DNA of 63,356 bases, counting the filler, from Hausera hauseri (Eukaryota): assembly GCA_046269625.1 (NCBI GenBank). It is 13 parts of 13 records of this genome, joined end to end, with 100 filler letters (N's around TTAATTAATTAA, not from the genome) between each part and the next. Parts side by side here need not be neighbours in the genome. Positions count along the whole stretch, not along the records: positions 49,973 to 54,455 come from JBJURY010559229.1; positions 54,556 to 58,946 come from JBJURY010604999.1; positions 59,047 to 63,356 come from JBJURY010643107.1; 10 more parts are not named here. One strand, written 5' to 3'. Below, piece by piece: positions 50,674-63,356 of this stretch. The position numbers and the translations under genes were made by a program. The notes beneath the pieces were generated by a model. That model worked only from the letters and a program-made list of their open reading frames with translations, did no database searches and was not told the origin of the DNA. The first letter of the stretch is position 1; each line of letters opens with the position of its first letter.

Positions 50674-51691
50674 CTTCGTTTTTAATAAGTTGAATGGTTA
50701 AATATTCGAGTATTATCGTAAGATGTATTTATTGCAAAATTCAATTGATCCATTGAAATTCAGTTTAGTTTTAAATGGCAGTGATGCTTTTTCGAAATTG
50801 GAACATTTTATGTCGGTTTGCAGTGCATCATATGGGTTTTTGATTTTGAATATAATTTTGTTAGCCATTTTATTTTGTTTATTGCTATTATGTTATTACA
50901 TGCGATTAATTGCAAAATTGTTGAAAATAATTTGTGTGTTTGTCGACAAGTTACGAACTGAGTGGGTTGGTGAATGTTTTTTGAAATGTACATGCAATCA
51001 ATCCATTAATAAACTACAAGAGAACTGGAAATTATAATACATCAGCGGAGAACTGTTTGAATTTGATGGGATTGTATGTATTTTTTTAAAATGATACTAT
51101 ATAGATTATATACTGTATCACGTTTTATTTGAGGGATATGAGAGATCATATGAACGAGATTATTTTTTTTCACTTTGTCTCAAATTTAAATTTTTAGGTA
51201 ATATATGCATGAGGTAACAAAAGTATAAATGTATATTGGCTTTTGTTATTCCTGTCCTATTCACCCAATTTGGATTGAATATGCGATACATTGTACCTTT
51301 TGTATACTTTGATTTTATATTTTTTCTTCCATTTGAGAAATTAGAATAATGGGATATTTGTAACATCCATGAGCATAAGAACCATTTGGTTTGGCATAAG
51401 TATGTATATGGGATTCGTCAAAATGTCTATCTTACCATTCAACATTCTGGGTGAACCATATTTTGAGGAAATCAGTCAGATTTTGGGTAGAGAATTGAAC
51501 AAGTGCCGAAATGCACAAAATTTCGTTATTTTAGCTGCTTTGGCCAAATATTTTTTCATATTATTAATCAACATTATTTTTTTGCACGTTTCTCTGACTA
51601 TTTGTCATTCCAAACCCTGATTTACAGCAACTGGGTGTGCCCTGTGAGATAGAATTTAGTAAATTACTTTTTCTTTGTTGTTTTCCACAGA

Positions 51692-52125
51692 TTTTCAAAA
51701 GATCGCAACAACAATTCACCAATTCCTATTAAAACTAACCGACACCTACGAATGTGCAGAACTCCGAGATTCGCTCAATCTTTCTCTTGTCCAACTGCAA
51801 AAGTACTACAGGAAATGCCAACAGAGACTACAGCACACTGGACGACACAATATGGATATGAACGGATCGGGTTATGTCAGTCCACGTCAGTCATTACGAA
51901 TAACATTAACAAGGTCTACAGAACCGATGTCACCAATGACTCCTTACATCGAAGAACCGCAATATTTCCATGTGCAGTGGACAGTACTTGAAGAATCGGC
52001 CGATCGTCTTAGACGTTCTCTTTCTCAGGAAAATATAAATCCTCAAAGGTCGATTAATACACCTCCGATGCATTATGCAGCAATGAAATCGGATTTTGAA
52101 ATACTCACGGAATTGTATAAAGCAA
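51692..52125 (+). CDS. Probable internal exon of an unidentified host gene
   Basis: Open frame bounded by a TTTTCCACAG acceptor and a GTAAGC donor; no recognised domain. Confidence 0.4.
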
Positions 52126-52841
52126 GTAAGCTAGTTTGATTTACTGTCCAGCTAACTTGAATCGCAATCGCATTCTGATTTTCAAGTTGACTCATTTGAC
52201 TCCACTTTGTGTCATAATGTTTCAAATTCCTTACGGTTATTAGTCGTATGCTGATGAGTGTTAAAACTCTCCAATGGAATCCGATGTTTAAAATTTTTAA
52301 CGTTTTATACTTTTTGTAAACAATGAAACTTGAAGAAATTCGAAATTTGCACAAATTTCATAAAGTGAACGACGTATGCAATAAGTGCCGTATAACAATT
52401 TATGCAAGAACCTTTCAATATTACATAACAGCACTAGATAATTACCTATTACGTCAACCTGGACATGCCATTAATTTCTATCAAAAATTTTCAGACACGG
52501 AACAAACCGTGTACCATCTAATGGAAATAAACTGAATATTACAATCAAACACTCGGTTACTGGCATCAAAATTGCCGAATATTAAGCTATAAATGACATC
52601 GAAATTAACACATTGTCAATGTGAATATACAATTGGGATTTTTAATCTTTCTGTCCGACCTCTGTCAAATCTTAATACCGTAGAGAACGTTAAATGACAC
52701 TGTTGTTGCAAATGATTTCCTATCCCGATGCATTTCATTTGATTCATCGGAATTAGTTAAAAGACAATTGAAAATTGTTTCAGAAAAGGTGTATTATCAA
52801 AAATAAACAATGTCTCAAGTATAATTTACAATTAAACTCTA

Positions 52842-54257
52842 CAGTCATGGCCAAAAAATTAGCATAATTTCCACAAAAGCGTTTATTTGTAATTAACACA
52901 CAATGAAATACAGAAACGTGAATGAAATTGTTTCAATACTTGGTATTACCACCTTTGACATTAATAACTGACTTAATGTGCCTTGGTTATGAATAATAAG
53001 CTTTATACAATAGTCTGGAGTGATTTTTGTGTAACAGAACTCCACAGTAATTCCACGTAAATGTGTGACACTTTTGGGATTTTGAGCGGCTATAATTTTA
53101 TTTTGAATTGCATCCAAAAATTCTTCAGAGGATTTAAATCTGGACTGGAACCTTGCCAGTCCAGAAGACGAATGTTATTTGCTCGAAACAATGCTGTTTA
53201 CCATTTTGACACATGGCATGGTGCGGAATCTTGCTGAAAATCTTCATATTGTTTTTTTGCAAGGGACATGTGAAGCTTTTCTGTGAAACATTTAATGTAC
53301 TTCTCTGAGTTCATCTTGTCGTTTTTAGGAAGAAACCAGGTTGATCCTCTCCTTTTGGCTCCAAATCATGCTCAAACCATTTTTGAGTCAAGATGTTTAA
53401 CTGTTGGAACAGTAAATTGCGTTGAATAACGTTGACCTTTAGGTCGTTTGATAGATTTCTCGATGGACGTCATGGGTTGAAAGCAGGATTCATCACTGAA
53501 GCAGACTGTAGTTCACTGCTCGGACGACCAATCCTTGTATTTTCGACAGAAGATTAAACGTTTATGATTCTGCAATTTCTTAAGAATGGCCTTTTAGCCG
53601 GTTCCTTTGGATGTAATCCTGCATCAACAAGACGTCGGCGAATAGTCCGAGATAAAACATGACATTCTTCTGGTAACGTTGATTGAATTTCACGGGATGA
53701 TATAAATTGATTCTTATTGACAATTCTTATTATGGTTCAATTGTCCCTGGCAGATATGCATTTAACTCTTCTCGAGTTGAATTTTGATGAAAGTTTTCCA
53801 GACAATACCGTGAAACAACACTTTGTGAAATGTTCAGTCTTTGGACTATTTGACATTACGTATACCCTTTATCGTTCAAAATCCTGATGTTTGAGAGCAG
53901 AGAAGAAGTCATATCATAATGCTTACCTATCCTTGAAAAATGATTAAATTCGTACAATGTAATGAATGACAAAAACAGATGAAAGGTGATATTATTGCAA
54001 CCAAATAACAACAAAAATTATACCGCTATGTTTAAATACTGCTTTAATACACATTCAATCGAAGCATGGAAATATTAAATAAAACTGTGTGAACTAACAC
54101 TTAATTACTAAAATTATGAGAATTCTCTGTTAACAGATTCAAATTTCTTCACGCGTGGCAATTTGTTATCATGTGACAGAGATTTACAAGTATATCTAAA
54201 CATTCCCTCAAAAAATCATGTAATTGTGAAATTATGCTAATTTTTTGGTCACGACTG
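52842..54257 (-). mobile_element. Tc1-like transposon, defective
   Basis: TIRs CAGTCATGGCCAAAAAATTAGCATAATTTC / GAAATTATGCTAATTTTTTGGTCACGACTG with TA TSDs; VCFSDES, FQQDSAPCH and SPDLNPL.NFW. Confidence 0.92.
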
Positions 54258-56522
54258 TAGGTTACATGGCCAGTCGAAAGAGAAATGTGAGAAATGGTCG
54301 AATATTGATAGGGATGAAAAAGTATCGGTTACATTGACAAGGCGTACGAAATGGAGTAAAAAACCTCTGAATGAATTCTAAGTTAAAGTTCATATTGTCT
54401 GAATAAATGTTACCAGTCGGATATTTTCTTTAAAAAACGATAGTCCAAAGTTGGTNNNNNNNNNNNNNNNNNNNNNNNNNNNNNNNNNNNNNNNNNNNNT
54501 TAATTAATTAANNNNNNNNNNNNNNNNNNNNNNNNNNNNNNNNNNNNNNNNNNNNTTTTAAACTTAATTTTCTTTTGTAAAGTTGTTGAATAAATATTTT
54601 ACTTTTATTTTGAAATATTATAAACTTTAAATATTTTCGAGAATGTTTATTAGTTTGTATGCAGTTTTTTGTCACCATGCTTGCGATGGTTATTATATGT
54701 ATATTTTAATGCGACATAACTTTAGTGTCAAATGGAAAGCTGAATATTAATAGAACATTGAATGAATTAAAGATTATGAATTCTTTTGCATATTTTTGGG
54801 AAGTAGGAGTTCGATTTAACGTTGAATTTATCCTTTATAGAACTTTAACAGTTATTTCTACATATTTCAAATTATTAAATATAATAAGGTGTTTTTAAAT
54901 ATGGTTTAAAATACGTTTCTTCGTAAAGAAAATCGTCTTTCCTTAATGAGTACCTCCTACCCCATTTTTAACACTCTTTTGTCTGATTCTAACTATTCGA
55001 AAATGTCTACAACTTGATCGCTGCATTGCGTACAGCAGTCTCCATCGTTGAGAATCCAATTGACTTTTACATAGTACAATTATTTTAAAACTCCAGACGA
55101 GCTTCTTGAATAAGTGGTTGCCAACTTGATACTGTAAGTTTCAAATTTATTCAAGTTTTGTTTCTTAAGAAAAGTACCAAAATTTGGAAATTAGAAAATA
55201 AATTGGGTGATAGATCCTATGAAAAAATCCTGAAGTGAGGAGGTTACCTTCTAAACCCCCATCATCAACGGCACTGCTTGTCAGACCTACAATCTTATTG
55301 AGACGATCTACAATAACCAGTTATTATGTGATCCATAAAATCCACGGCTTTCACTGCATTTTAATATTTCCTTGGGATCATCACTTCTTTTGCCTTTTGT
55401 GTATAATAAATGACTGTTTATGTTGTGTATCATTTTCTTGTATTCAACATTATAAAACTCACGGTGTACGTGGGTAGTAAATTTGTCTGATATTTCTGTA
55501 AATGTGTCTGACATTAATCAAAAAGAAAATGTGCGTCTAACTTTTCTGCTGTTTACGATGCCGAACAACGATTTTTTGTGATTTTCTGGAAGTGTCGTTG
55601 ACATTTAATATGCTTTTCAAGTAGCGATTTTAGATTTTTAGAAATACCATTAACATTTTATGTGCTGTATTTGCTCTTTATATCAGTAGTTGTAAATGTT
55701 AATTATGTGATACCTTCTATTTCACACACACACACACAATCTGTATTATATAAAGTGAGATTTTGCATGAACAATAACAAAAACTTTTGACTTATCCTTT
55801 CATATTATTATTGGCATGACATCACGTGAGTGTTCATTTTTGTACATGATTAATTGTTGAGTTTTGTCATAAGATAAGGAATAATTTTTTTTGGTCAACA
55901 AACGGTTTTGTTTTTATATAACAAAAGTAAATACATTAATTAAATAAACGTACTACTAAATAGGATCATTGGTCGACCAGGACAAAACTACATGACGACC
56001 ACCCAAATAATAGTAAGTAACGATATAAGAAAATAAACCTTAGTGAATAATTGTTGATTAACGCTACAAGCCGTCACACATTACCTAGTAATAGTTAGGT
56101 AAGGCACCAGCATTATACCTCTGCAAAACCACTCATAGTGACTAATTAAAGAAAAAGTTATATATGTTCTCCCCATTAAATTAATCATTAATATACAAGT
56201 CTCTCCCAACGTAACTAGTGAGGATTGAACACAATTACAGTCACAAATTCTAACAATCTGCTAAGTCTATAAATGCTATTTGTCAGTAATTATGATCCTG
56301 CCTGTTAAGTGGAAACAATCCTATTCATGATTTAATTATTGAACACAATACGAAACACAACTTTGTTTTTCGTTGATGTTATAAGCTGGTCTTGTCAAAA
56401 ACTAATATTCGACGTGTAGAATTAACAGAATAGCACTATGTAGTGATGAAAATGTCCACAACATGATGAATCACAATGATGAATATTTAATTTTAATTCT
56501 ATTTTCGCACTCCTAGAGTCCT

Positions 56523-56680
56523 TGTGGTGCCCACCTTTTGCGCGCCCCGTGGCCGGATGGCCGGGCGACTTCGAGTGCCTGTCATCACTTTAATGGCGTC
56601 ACAGGCCTCAAACCGTACCGGTCTCTTACGCCGGGTCCTGTTGCCGCACGACGATGTTAACACTCGGCCCTCGACTGTTG
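56523..56680 (+). repeat. CsRn1-like LTR 5' fragment
   Basis: Starts TGTGGTGCCCAC; GC-rich island with TGTTGCCGC like the other LTR starts. Confidence 0.6.
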
Positions 56681-57121
56681 TTTCTTGGGTTTTGCTTCGA
56701 AAATACCGGATGCGAAAAAAATCTTACATTCGTTCAAACATCATTCTTAAATTTATAACGGAAGTCTCATTCATAACGATTCATCCAGTGAATATTCGGT
56801 ATCAGACCCTATTAGGTCGAAAGTGTTTATGGGGCAGAGATGGATGAAACAATCAGTCTCATTATGTTGCTGAAAATTTGGTGTCAGAGTTAGAATACAT
56901 CACCGCAGTACTACACCGGAGTGCACCAACTTTTCTTTGCAGTTACAGTCCATGGATTGTTCCCTCTCCGGCAGGAACCTTTTAATCTATTTTACTTTAT
57001 GGTATGAATATTTTAATTGTTGTTTTGCTGTTATATTTTTTAACAAACCGATTTATTACTATTCGAATATGCGCATTTTTAATCGTACCCTTATTCGCTT
57101 TTACATAGGGCTATTTTTCAG

Positions 57122-57850
57122 TCGACCTGTTGTTTACCCATTATTCAGTATCTTAAATACGGATATACCAATAACCTGGGTACGACACGTCATATGCGTT
57201 ATTGTCAATCTAAACCGTAACAAAGACCCACCTCCTAACCCGTCAACTGTCGGCGAATTGCTACCCGTCTTACGTTTCCTTATACTAAGCCCAGATATTA
57301 ACACCTTGTTGGATACTGTTTCAACATTGTTATATTTGAATGACGGACGAAATGCTAAAATACAAATTGTTATTGACGTTGATATCGTTCGGTTTTTGGT
57401 ACCACTTTTGTCACATAATGACGTAAAAGTGCAAACTGCTGCATTGCGGACAATCCGTAATATGGTAACGGAGACCACTGGACGGACGCAATACGTACTG
57501 AATTACAATGCATTACCTCACTTCTCACAACTGCTGCAACTTTCAGTAAGAAAAACCAACAAAGAGGCTCTTTGGTCTTCGTCAAACAACACTGCCGACA
57601 ATCAAGGACAAGTTCAAACTGTCATCGACAACCAACTCGTACCGCTCATAAATTACCATCTGCATAAAGAAGATTACCAAACCAAAAACGAAACTGCAGG
57701 GGCCATTACAACTTTTAACATTAGCGCAACATCCAATCAAGTCGCATATTTTGCGCAACAAGACGTCATTACGCTACAGTACAAAACCTTGTCTGTATTC
57801 GACATTCAAGTAGTTCAAGTTGTTCTTCATTACATTCTTAATACCCACAA
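57122..57850 (+). pseudogene. Importin-alpha (alpha-3/KPNA3-4 subfamily) ARM-repeat exon, degenerate
   Basis: IPITW.R.V..IVNL.RNKDPPP, LVPLLSH.DVKVQTAALR, NKEALW..SN.TA.NQ.QVQ and QVVQVVL. Preceded by TTTTTCAG; several conserved Trp/Gly residues are lost. Confidence 0.88.
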
Positions 57851-57869
57851 CATCTTCCATCACAAAGAC

Positions 57870-58946
57870 CGTCAAGCGGTTGCCGGACCTGGTTATGGAG
57901 ATTCGGCCGCCCAGAGGTTGCCACGCCGGCGCAGTGGTGCCACGCGTCGGGTTGTCGCGCCAACGCCGTCCGAGCGCCGGGCGTGCTTGCGTCACGCACC
58001 ACAGTGCTCACCCGTCGCTCATACCCCCTATATATCTCTTCATTTTTTAACCACCAACAAAAACATATAGACACATGGAAGGACACATTACACGCAACAC
58101 GCATCTAACACCACCTTTCTAACCTTCTAGGCACTTCTAGCTTTTTCTTATCCTACAACGGTCTCATAATCCACAACTTTTATGGTCTTCTCCTTTTCAG
58201 ACAGACTTCCTTTCTTATTCAAATCAATTTCAAAATCCTTGGCGGCATGAACTCTCCATCTTCGACTGACATCACGGAAAAGCCAAAATCTATTCCGATA
58301 TTACGCTGCGCCGGTACAGGCACACCTACCGGCCTCCCTTTCTGTCACCACTGTACCGAATTCTTCATCGACAGTCAGAACTCAAGCCAAACCTGGCTTC
58401 AATTCCATCAGCTCTGGCTGCAATCTGCAAACATCACTGAATCTCTTCCAAAGACCCATAGTCTCTTCTACTATCTACCAAATTCAATTAAAACTCGAAT
58501 ACCCAACCTTTTACAACTCTTCAGACATCCTGATCCTTACAAGGAGGTATATAACGCTGTTGTTAGGCTTACAGAGCCTTCTTTGGATTCTATTATTCAA
58601 CGCTACTTCAATGAGAACACCCTAGGCAATCAAAATCCCTCCGAATTCGTACAAGTAGCTCTAAATAACTTAAAAACACTCGGAGTAACACAGGAATACA
58701 ACGCAGAACTTTTAAGACGTTATTTTCTCCACGCTTTAACCTTACAAATTAGGGGTCCGTTAACCGTGGTTGAAGAATCATTAGATCTTAACAAACTGAG
58801 TTAGCTGACAAATCATGAATTATTGCAGATGCACACTCCCCCACTTATCTCTACTACCATCACACCATACGACACACAACAAAACACATTGCACAAACAA
58901 ATAACTCAATTAAAAGCCGACAATAAAGCGCTGCTAGAAGCCATCA
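57870..58946 (+). mobile_element. CsRn1-like element 5' end: LTR 3' part (ends GCACCACA at 58003), leader, gag (58247..)
   Basis: Gag EPSLDSIIQRYFNE..NQNPSEF..NAELLRRYFL is homologous to 8874..9749; the LTR end is the inverse of TGTGGTGC. Confidence 0.82.
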
Positions 58947-59046
58947 NNNNNNNNNNNNNNNNNNNNNNNNNNNNNNNNNNNNNNNNNNNNTTAATTAATT
59001 AANNNNNNNNNNNNNNNNNNNNNNNNNNNNNNNNNNNNNNNNNNNN

Positions 59047-60850
59047 TTAACAAGCGAACCTGTTTTGCGATATCCAGATTTTAACTTACCTTTCATAATT
59101 AAGACCGACGCCAGTAAGGAAGGTATTGGATACGAATTAGCGCAGAAAAGAGAAGATGAAGAATTAGAACATCCGATTGCTTATGGAGGACGTTCCTTAA
59201 AGAAGGCTGAGAAAAATTATTCTGTTACGGAATTAGAGACTCTAGCGGTAAAGGAATAACTTAGACATTTTAACGTTTATGTTTACGGGCAGAGGATCAT
59301 AATTGTAACTGACCATAAGGCCGTTACGACTTTAAAAGGTAGAGCCAATAATCCGACGTGCAGACTTAATAGATGGATCGAAGAAATTTCCAGATATAAT
59401 ATTGAATTTCAGTACAAGCTAGGAAATAAACATGTCGACGCTGACGCACTATCGAGATTAAAGGTTAAAACAAGCGCAATCACCGTAATAAAGAAAAGTC
59501 AACTTGAGGAAATAATAGATCGCCATCGCGCGTTAACGACCGATAGAGCAATCAAGATTTCAGTGGAACATAGAAATGATAAAGTTATCCAGCAGATTAT
59601 AGAATTTGCTACAAGGGATATCATACCAAAAGCGCGACAGTTGAAGAAACATCTGCATAGACATGGACATAAATACTGCGTCGTAAATGACGGAGACAGA
59701 AAAGCCATCTTATACTACGAACGAAAAGGAAAAAAATTATTAGTTATCCCAAGAAGTCTACGAACCGAAGTACTGATGTCAGAACATGATTCGTACTTAG
59801 CCGGACACATGTCTTGGAAGAAAACTTTAGAAAAAATAATGAACAAATATATTTGGCCTAGTATCTATATCGATGTAAGAAATTGGGTAAGCGCCTGTAA
59901 GTATGCGCGACTAAACAGAAGAAAACGAAAAACTATATGGCCGAATTAAAATCAATCAATGTACCACATAGACCCATGCAGGCCATGTCGATGGATATAG
60001 TAGGACCTCTTCCTATAACGTACAAGAACAATAGATATATTTTAACGTGCATCGATCGATTAACTCATTTTGTCGAGTTGATAGCATTAATCGATCAAAA
60101 GGCGGAATCCTTGGCAGAAGTTGTAGTAAGGAGAATTATTTGCCGTTACGGACCACCCGACCAAATATTAACGGATAGAGGAAGAAATTTTACCAGTGAA
60201 TTATTTGAGAAAATCACTAAGATATTTGAAATCGAACGATTAACGACTACTGCATATCATCCTCAATGCAATGGGATGGTCGAACGGATGAATGCTACAG
60301 TTATGCGTATACTGTCAACAGTAGTGGCTAAGGATCAAAAGGATTGGGACGAGTTTTTGGAAGGTACTCAATTTGCCATTAACACCACGCCACATCCAGC
60401 AACGGGATTTACACCATTCTTTATGATGTATGGACGTGAATCAGTGTTGCCTACAGACTTAGGAATGACGCCATACACAGTTGATCCGGAAGATTTAGAA
60501 CAGAATTTCGCAGAAGTGTTAAAAACGCGATTAAAAAGGTGTTGGGAAATCGCCAAGGAACTATCTCAAGAATACCCAGAGTAATTCAAGAAACAATATG
60601 ATAAGAAAGCGAAACCGCACAATATAGAGCAAGGGAATTGGGTTTATATACACTATCCAGTAGCCAAAAAAGGCACCTCATTGAAATTAACTCGTACGGG
60701 TAGAGGACCGTATGAGGTCATACGAGTGACGCCAACCACAGTATATATCAACAAGAATGGAAACGAAGAGGTTGTATCAGTACAGAGGGTCGTCAAGACG
60801 GAAATACGACCCAACAAACGTTACAATTTGCGCCAACGAAAAGTGAAAAC
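59047..60850 (+). mobile_element. Complex Ty3/gypsy element copy L: RNase H plus integrase
   Basis: IIKTDASKEGIG, EKNYSVTELE, TDHK, HDSYLAGH..C, SMDIVGPLP, LTDRGRNF, HPQCNGMVERMN and RGPYEV. Confidence 0.93.
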
Positions 60851-62169
60851 TTCGTCGATAGTCACTAGACCGATATCATATGTTCAGATAATCTTAGCCC
60901 TATCATTAATTGCCTCATATATACCTACGGTGAAATCAAGCGCTAAACAAAGGGATATCCGGAATTTACAGACACTCAGAGTACGCGATATAGATTGGAA
61001 AAAGCCATGTGCATGGTTCGAACTGGACAATCCTATTCAAAGACACATAGGGATTCAGATAACCCTTATAACTACTGGGAATGAAATGAGTATATGATTT
61101 TCCATACAGGCACCACAGGAGATGTTGCAATCTAGATTTCGGAAAAGTCTATAGATATAGCTTTCAACTACTTTATTCCTATAAGTTTGGCGTTCAAGCC
61201 GACATAGCCTCCGAGCTCATAATACAGATGCCACAACAAAAGGAGGCAAGTCAAGCAAAAACGGACGAAATAATTCGAAGCACTGATCCGATTAACAGAA
61301 TCTTAGATAACAACATTGTTAGAATTCACAAGGATTTGAAAAACCAATGCGTTTGGATCGAGACTAAATTTGCAGTACCAGAAAATAAGGAAATCTCAGT
61401 CCAGTTTATCCCATTGAACATCTCTATTCCTAGACCAGCGTACTGCTCATTGGCGAAGAAACGTCCTACCGTATGCTGCACAATACAATTAAGACAAAAG
61501 TACCAACTACGATTTGATTTGTACGATACCTATCCGGGTGAACGGAGTGTTTCCCTAAGAGGATATCGTCCAAAGGACAGAGTATGGGAGCTCTTACGTC
61601 CGCCCACGACAGAAAAACCATCCACGACGCCGAGTACTATCCGCAGTACTACGATTATTGCTACGAACGGGATACTAGGAGGCATTCCTATTAAATATTC
61701 AGTATATCGATCTAAGATTGTGTTCTTTGTAGAAGAGAAACAGAACTACGATATATACATAAGTTGCCGGACAAAGTATAATAATCAAGTGGTGACATTA
61801 TTTAAAAATACTTATCAAACAGAGTGTAATTTATTAAAACCACAAACCGAATATATAGTCCAAATATGCGCGGAGAATAAGCAAAATCAGACCATTACAC
61901 TGCGAACCTTAGAGGAGATTCGTGCAGAATCCCATGCATATGAGGATATAGATGAGCAGATTACAACTCAAGTCACCACACAGGCACCAATAGGAGTAAC
62001 TGTAATACCAATCGTATCTATCACGGTACTGTCAGCGATTGTTCTCATTATATTAATTGCGATTTTTCGATTAGTCACCAAAAACTGTTATTTTAAGCGA
62101 CACGAAAATTCGGAATGGGAACTAAGGGAGTTGGGAACCTATGTAGACCCATATGATAAAATAACCTGA
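60850..62169 (+). CDS. Env-position type I membrane protein (SP, 2 Cys-rich domains, S/T stalk, FN3, TM, YDKI), copy L; one lesion at about 61095
   Basis: SP VQIILALSLIASYIPTVKS is in frame with the integrase tail. RCCNLDFGKVY; CVW..YC..VCC..YQLRFDLY; FN3 signature LKPQTEYIVQICAEN; TM IPIVSITVLSAIVLIILIAIF. Confidence 0.78.
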
Positions 62170-62240
62170 TATTACAGAGCAGGTTATTCTGTCATCAAAC
62201 AAAAAATTGGTTTTGGTTCAAAACAATCCTTTGTTTTAGA

Positions 62241-62266
62241 ATTAAACTTTATTTCTTTTTCTTCAG
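62241..62266 (+). promoter_or_regulatory. Putative splice acceptor for the accessory ORF (counterpart at 3259-3285, minus strand)
   Basis: TTAAACTTTATTTCTTTTTCTTCAG here and TTAACCTTTATGTTTTCTTCTTCAG in copy A; the open frame begins right after the AG. Confidence 0.6.
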
Positions 62267-62267
62267 A

Positions 62268-63356
62268 TTGGTAAGTAACCAGACGCTAATGGATTCTAGC
62301 CGACATAGGATCGACGCAGGAGAAAAGACGAGCCGAATTAGAGTTGACACAGAAAATGATACCCAAAACGCTACGAGTCGACTTAGCATCGACGAATTCT
62401 TACAGAAAAACGTAACCATACGAATTCCCAATTCAAAGGCTATATACAGACAGATCAATAATGAATTACAGGGAAAAAATATTGTCCAATATGGCAGAGT
62501 CAGCGAAATCCCAAATGGTCTAAAGGGAATGACCGAGGAAAACCGGACAGTATATTTATACGCATGGAGAGAAAACAAAGACGCAAGAGTATATCCCTTT
62601 AAGCAAATCGCTCAATATCGAACAGTCGAGCAACAGAGAGTATACGTACATCTAGCCGACGGAGAAATATACTATCGGTTGAAAGAACAAAAATGGGATT
62701 CCTTCCAAGGAAGACAAAGTCGGTTCAGTACGTTCGTGTTCAATAGTAAGGACTTCAAGGATAATGAATTAGAGTTTCGCATAGTTGCCCTACCAGTCAA
62801 ATTGATGATCGAAACAACCGAAGAAGAACCAATACGTACAATACTACCCCCTATAAAATTTAGACAAAGGCCTACAGAACTAGAGCAAAAAAACCACCTA
62901 CATTCCTTTAGACTGGTGGCAGACGACCGAAATATCCGAGTTGTAGCAGTAAATTACTGGGAGGGAGAAGAAGATTATATTCCAATCGAAATATCCATCC
63001 GGGAAGAAAACGGAGTCGAAATTTATTTGAAAATTATTACTCCAAGGAAAAAGATACTGGAAACTCACGCAGAAGTCACTTGGATTAGAAGAGACCAATT
63101 GAGTCAAGGAAAGAACTTCAAATTAGTACAACAATAAGTGGCACAATGTCTCTACGGGTACGTCCTAGTGGGGTATCAAGTAGAGAGAATAATGAAAAAA
63201 TTAGATATACCGATAGAACATTTAGCTGGAATAAGAGAAATAGAATTCCACCCAACCGTTACGAAACAAATGCAGATCAAAGACAAAGAAAGAAGGGGCC
63301 ATATTCTATTAACCACAGAAGTCGGTTTAAGCTAATGATAGAAGCCATGACCGGGG
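62268..63356 (+). pseudogene. Accessory ORF with DEDD exonuclease-like fold, copy L (in-frame stops at 63135 and 63333; runs off window)
   Basis: VVAVNYWEG..PIEISIREENGVEIYLKIITP..ETHAEVTWIRRDQL.QG..LVQQ*VAQCLYGYVLVGY; homologous to 1787..2845. Confidence 0.7.

Noticed and set aside
54950-55514. Possible minus-strand gene fragment
   Set aside because: Short frames with stops; no family recognised.
58004-58020. tRNA-Trp primer-binding site after the LTR end
   Set aside because: GTGCTCACCCG only loosely resembles TGGTGACCCCG; too degenerate to call.
62130-62169. Eph-receptor juxtamembrane motif (TYVDP) implying capture of an Eph receptor
   Set aside because: Copy A reads NPIDPYDKIT, so the first Tyr is not conserved, and there is no kinase or ephrin-binding domain.

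Overview
AT-rich eukaryotic (invertebrate-like; introns of 41-53 bp) pseudo-scaffold. It consists of 13 unordered 4-7 kb contigs joined by 100-bp N spacers that each contain the artificial stop linker TTAATTAATTAA, so adjacency across gaps is not biological. The content is mostly decayed mobile elements: CsRn1/Kabuki-like Ty3/gypsy copies, two Tc1 elements with TIRs and TA TSDs, a hAT remnant, two protein-primed PolB (Polinton/adintovirus-like) remnants and MITE-like repeats. Host genes or gene fragments include Asterix/WDR83OS, CNOT2, NXF-like, TONSL-like and importin-alpha. The main discovery candidate is a family of 'complex' Ty3/gypsy retrovirus-like elements (1-5965, 20254-24326, 59047-63356, plus a distant relative at about 26600-28534). 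Downstream of integrase these carry (i) a type I membrane protein with two hypervariable Cys-rich domains, an FN3 domain, a TM helix and a YxxPhi tail, and (ii) behind a conserved splice acceptor, an accessory ORF with an apparently catalytically dead REX4/ISG20/REXO1-like DEDD exonuclease fold and, in copy A, a C-terminal RING-HC finger running into the PPT/LTR. One copy also holds a chuvirus-type glycoprotein remnant, and the LTRs share a covarying RNA hairpin. A second notable item is an endogenous CRESS-DNA-virus Rep-like SF3 helicase whose Walker A motif is split by a 53-bp intron. All family assignments are by eye from motifs; no searches were run.
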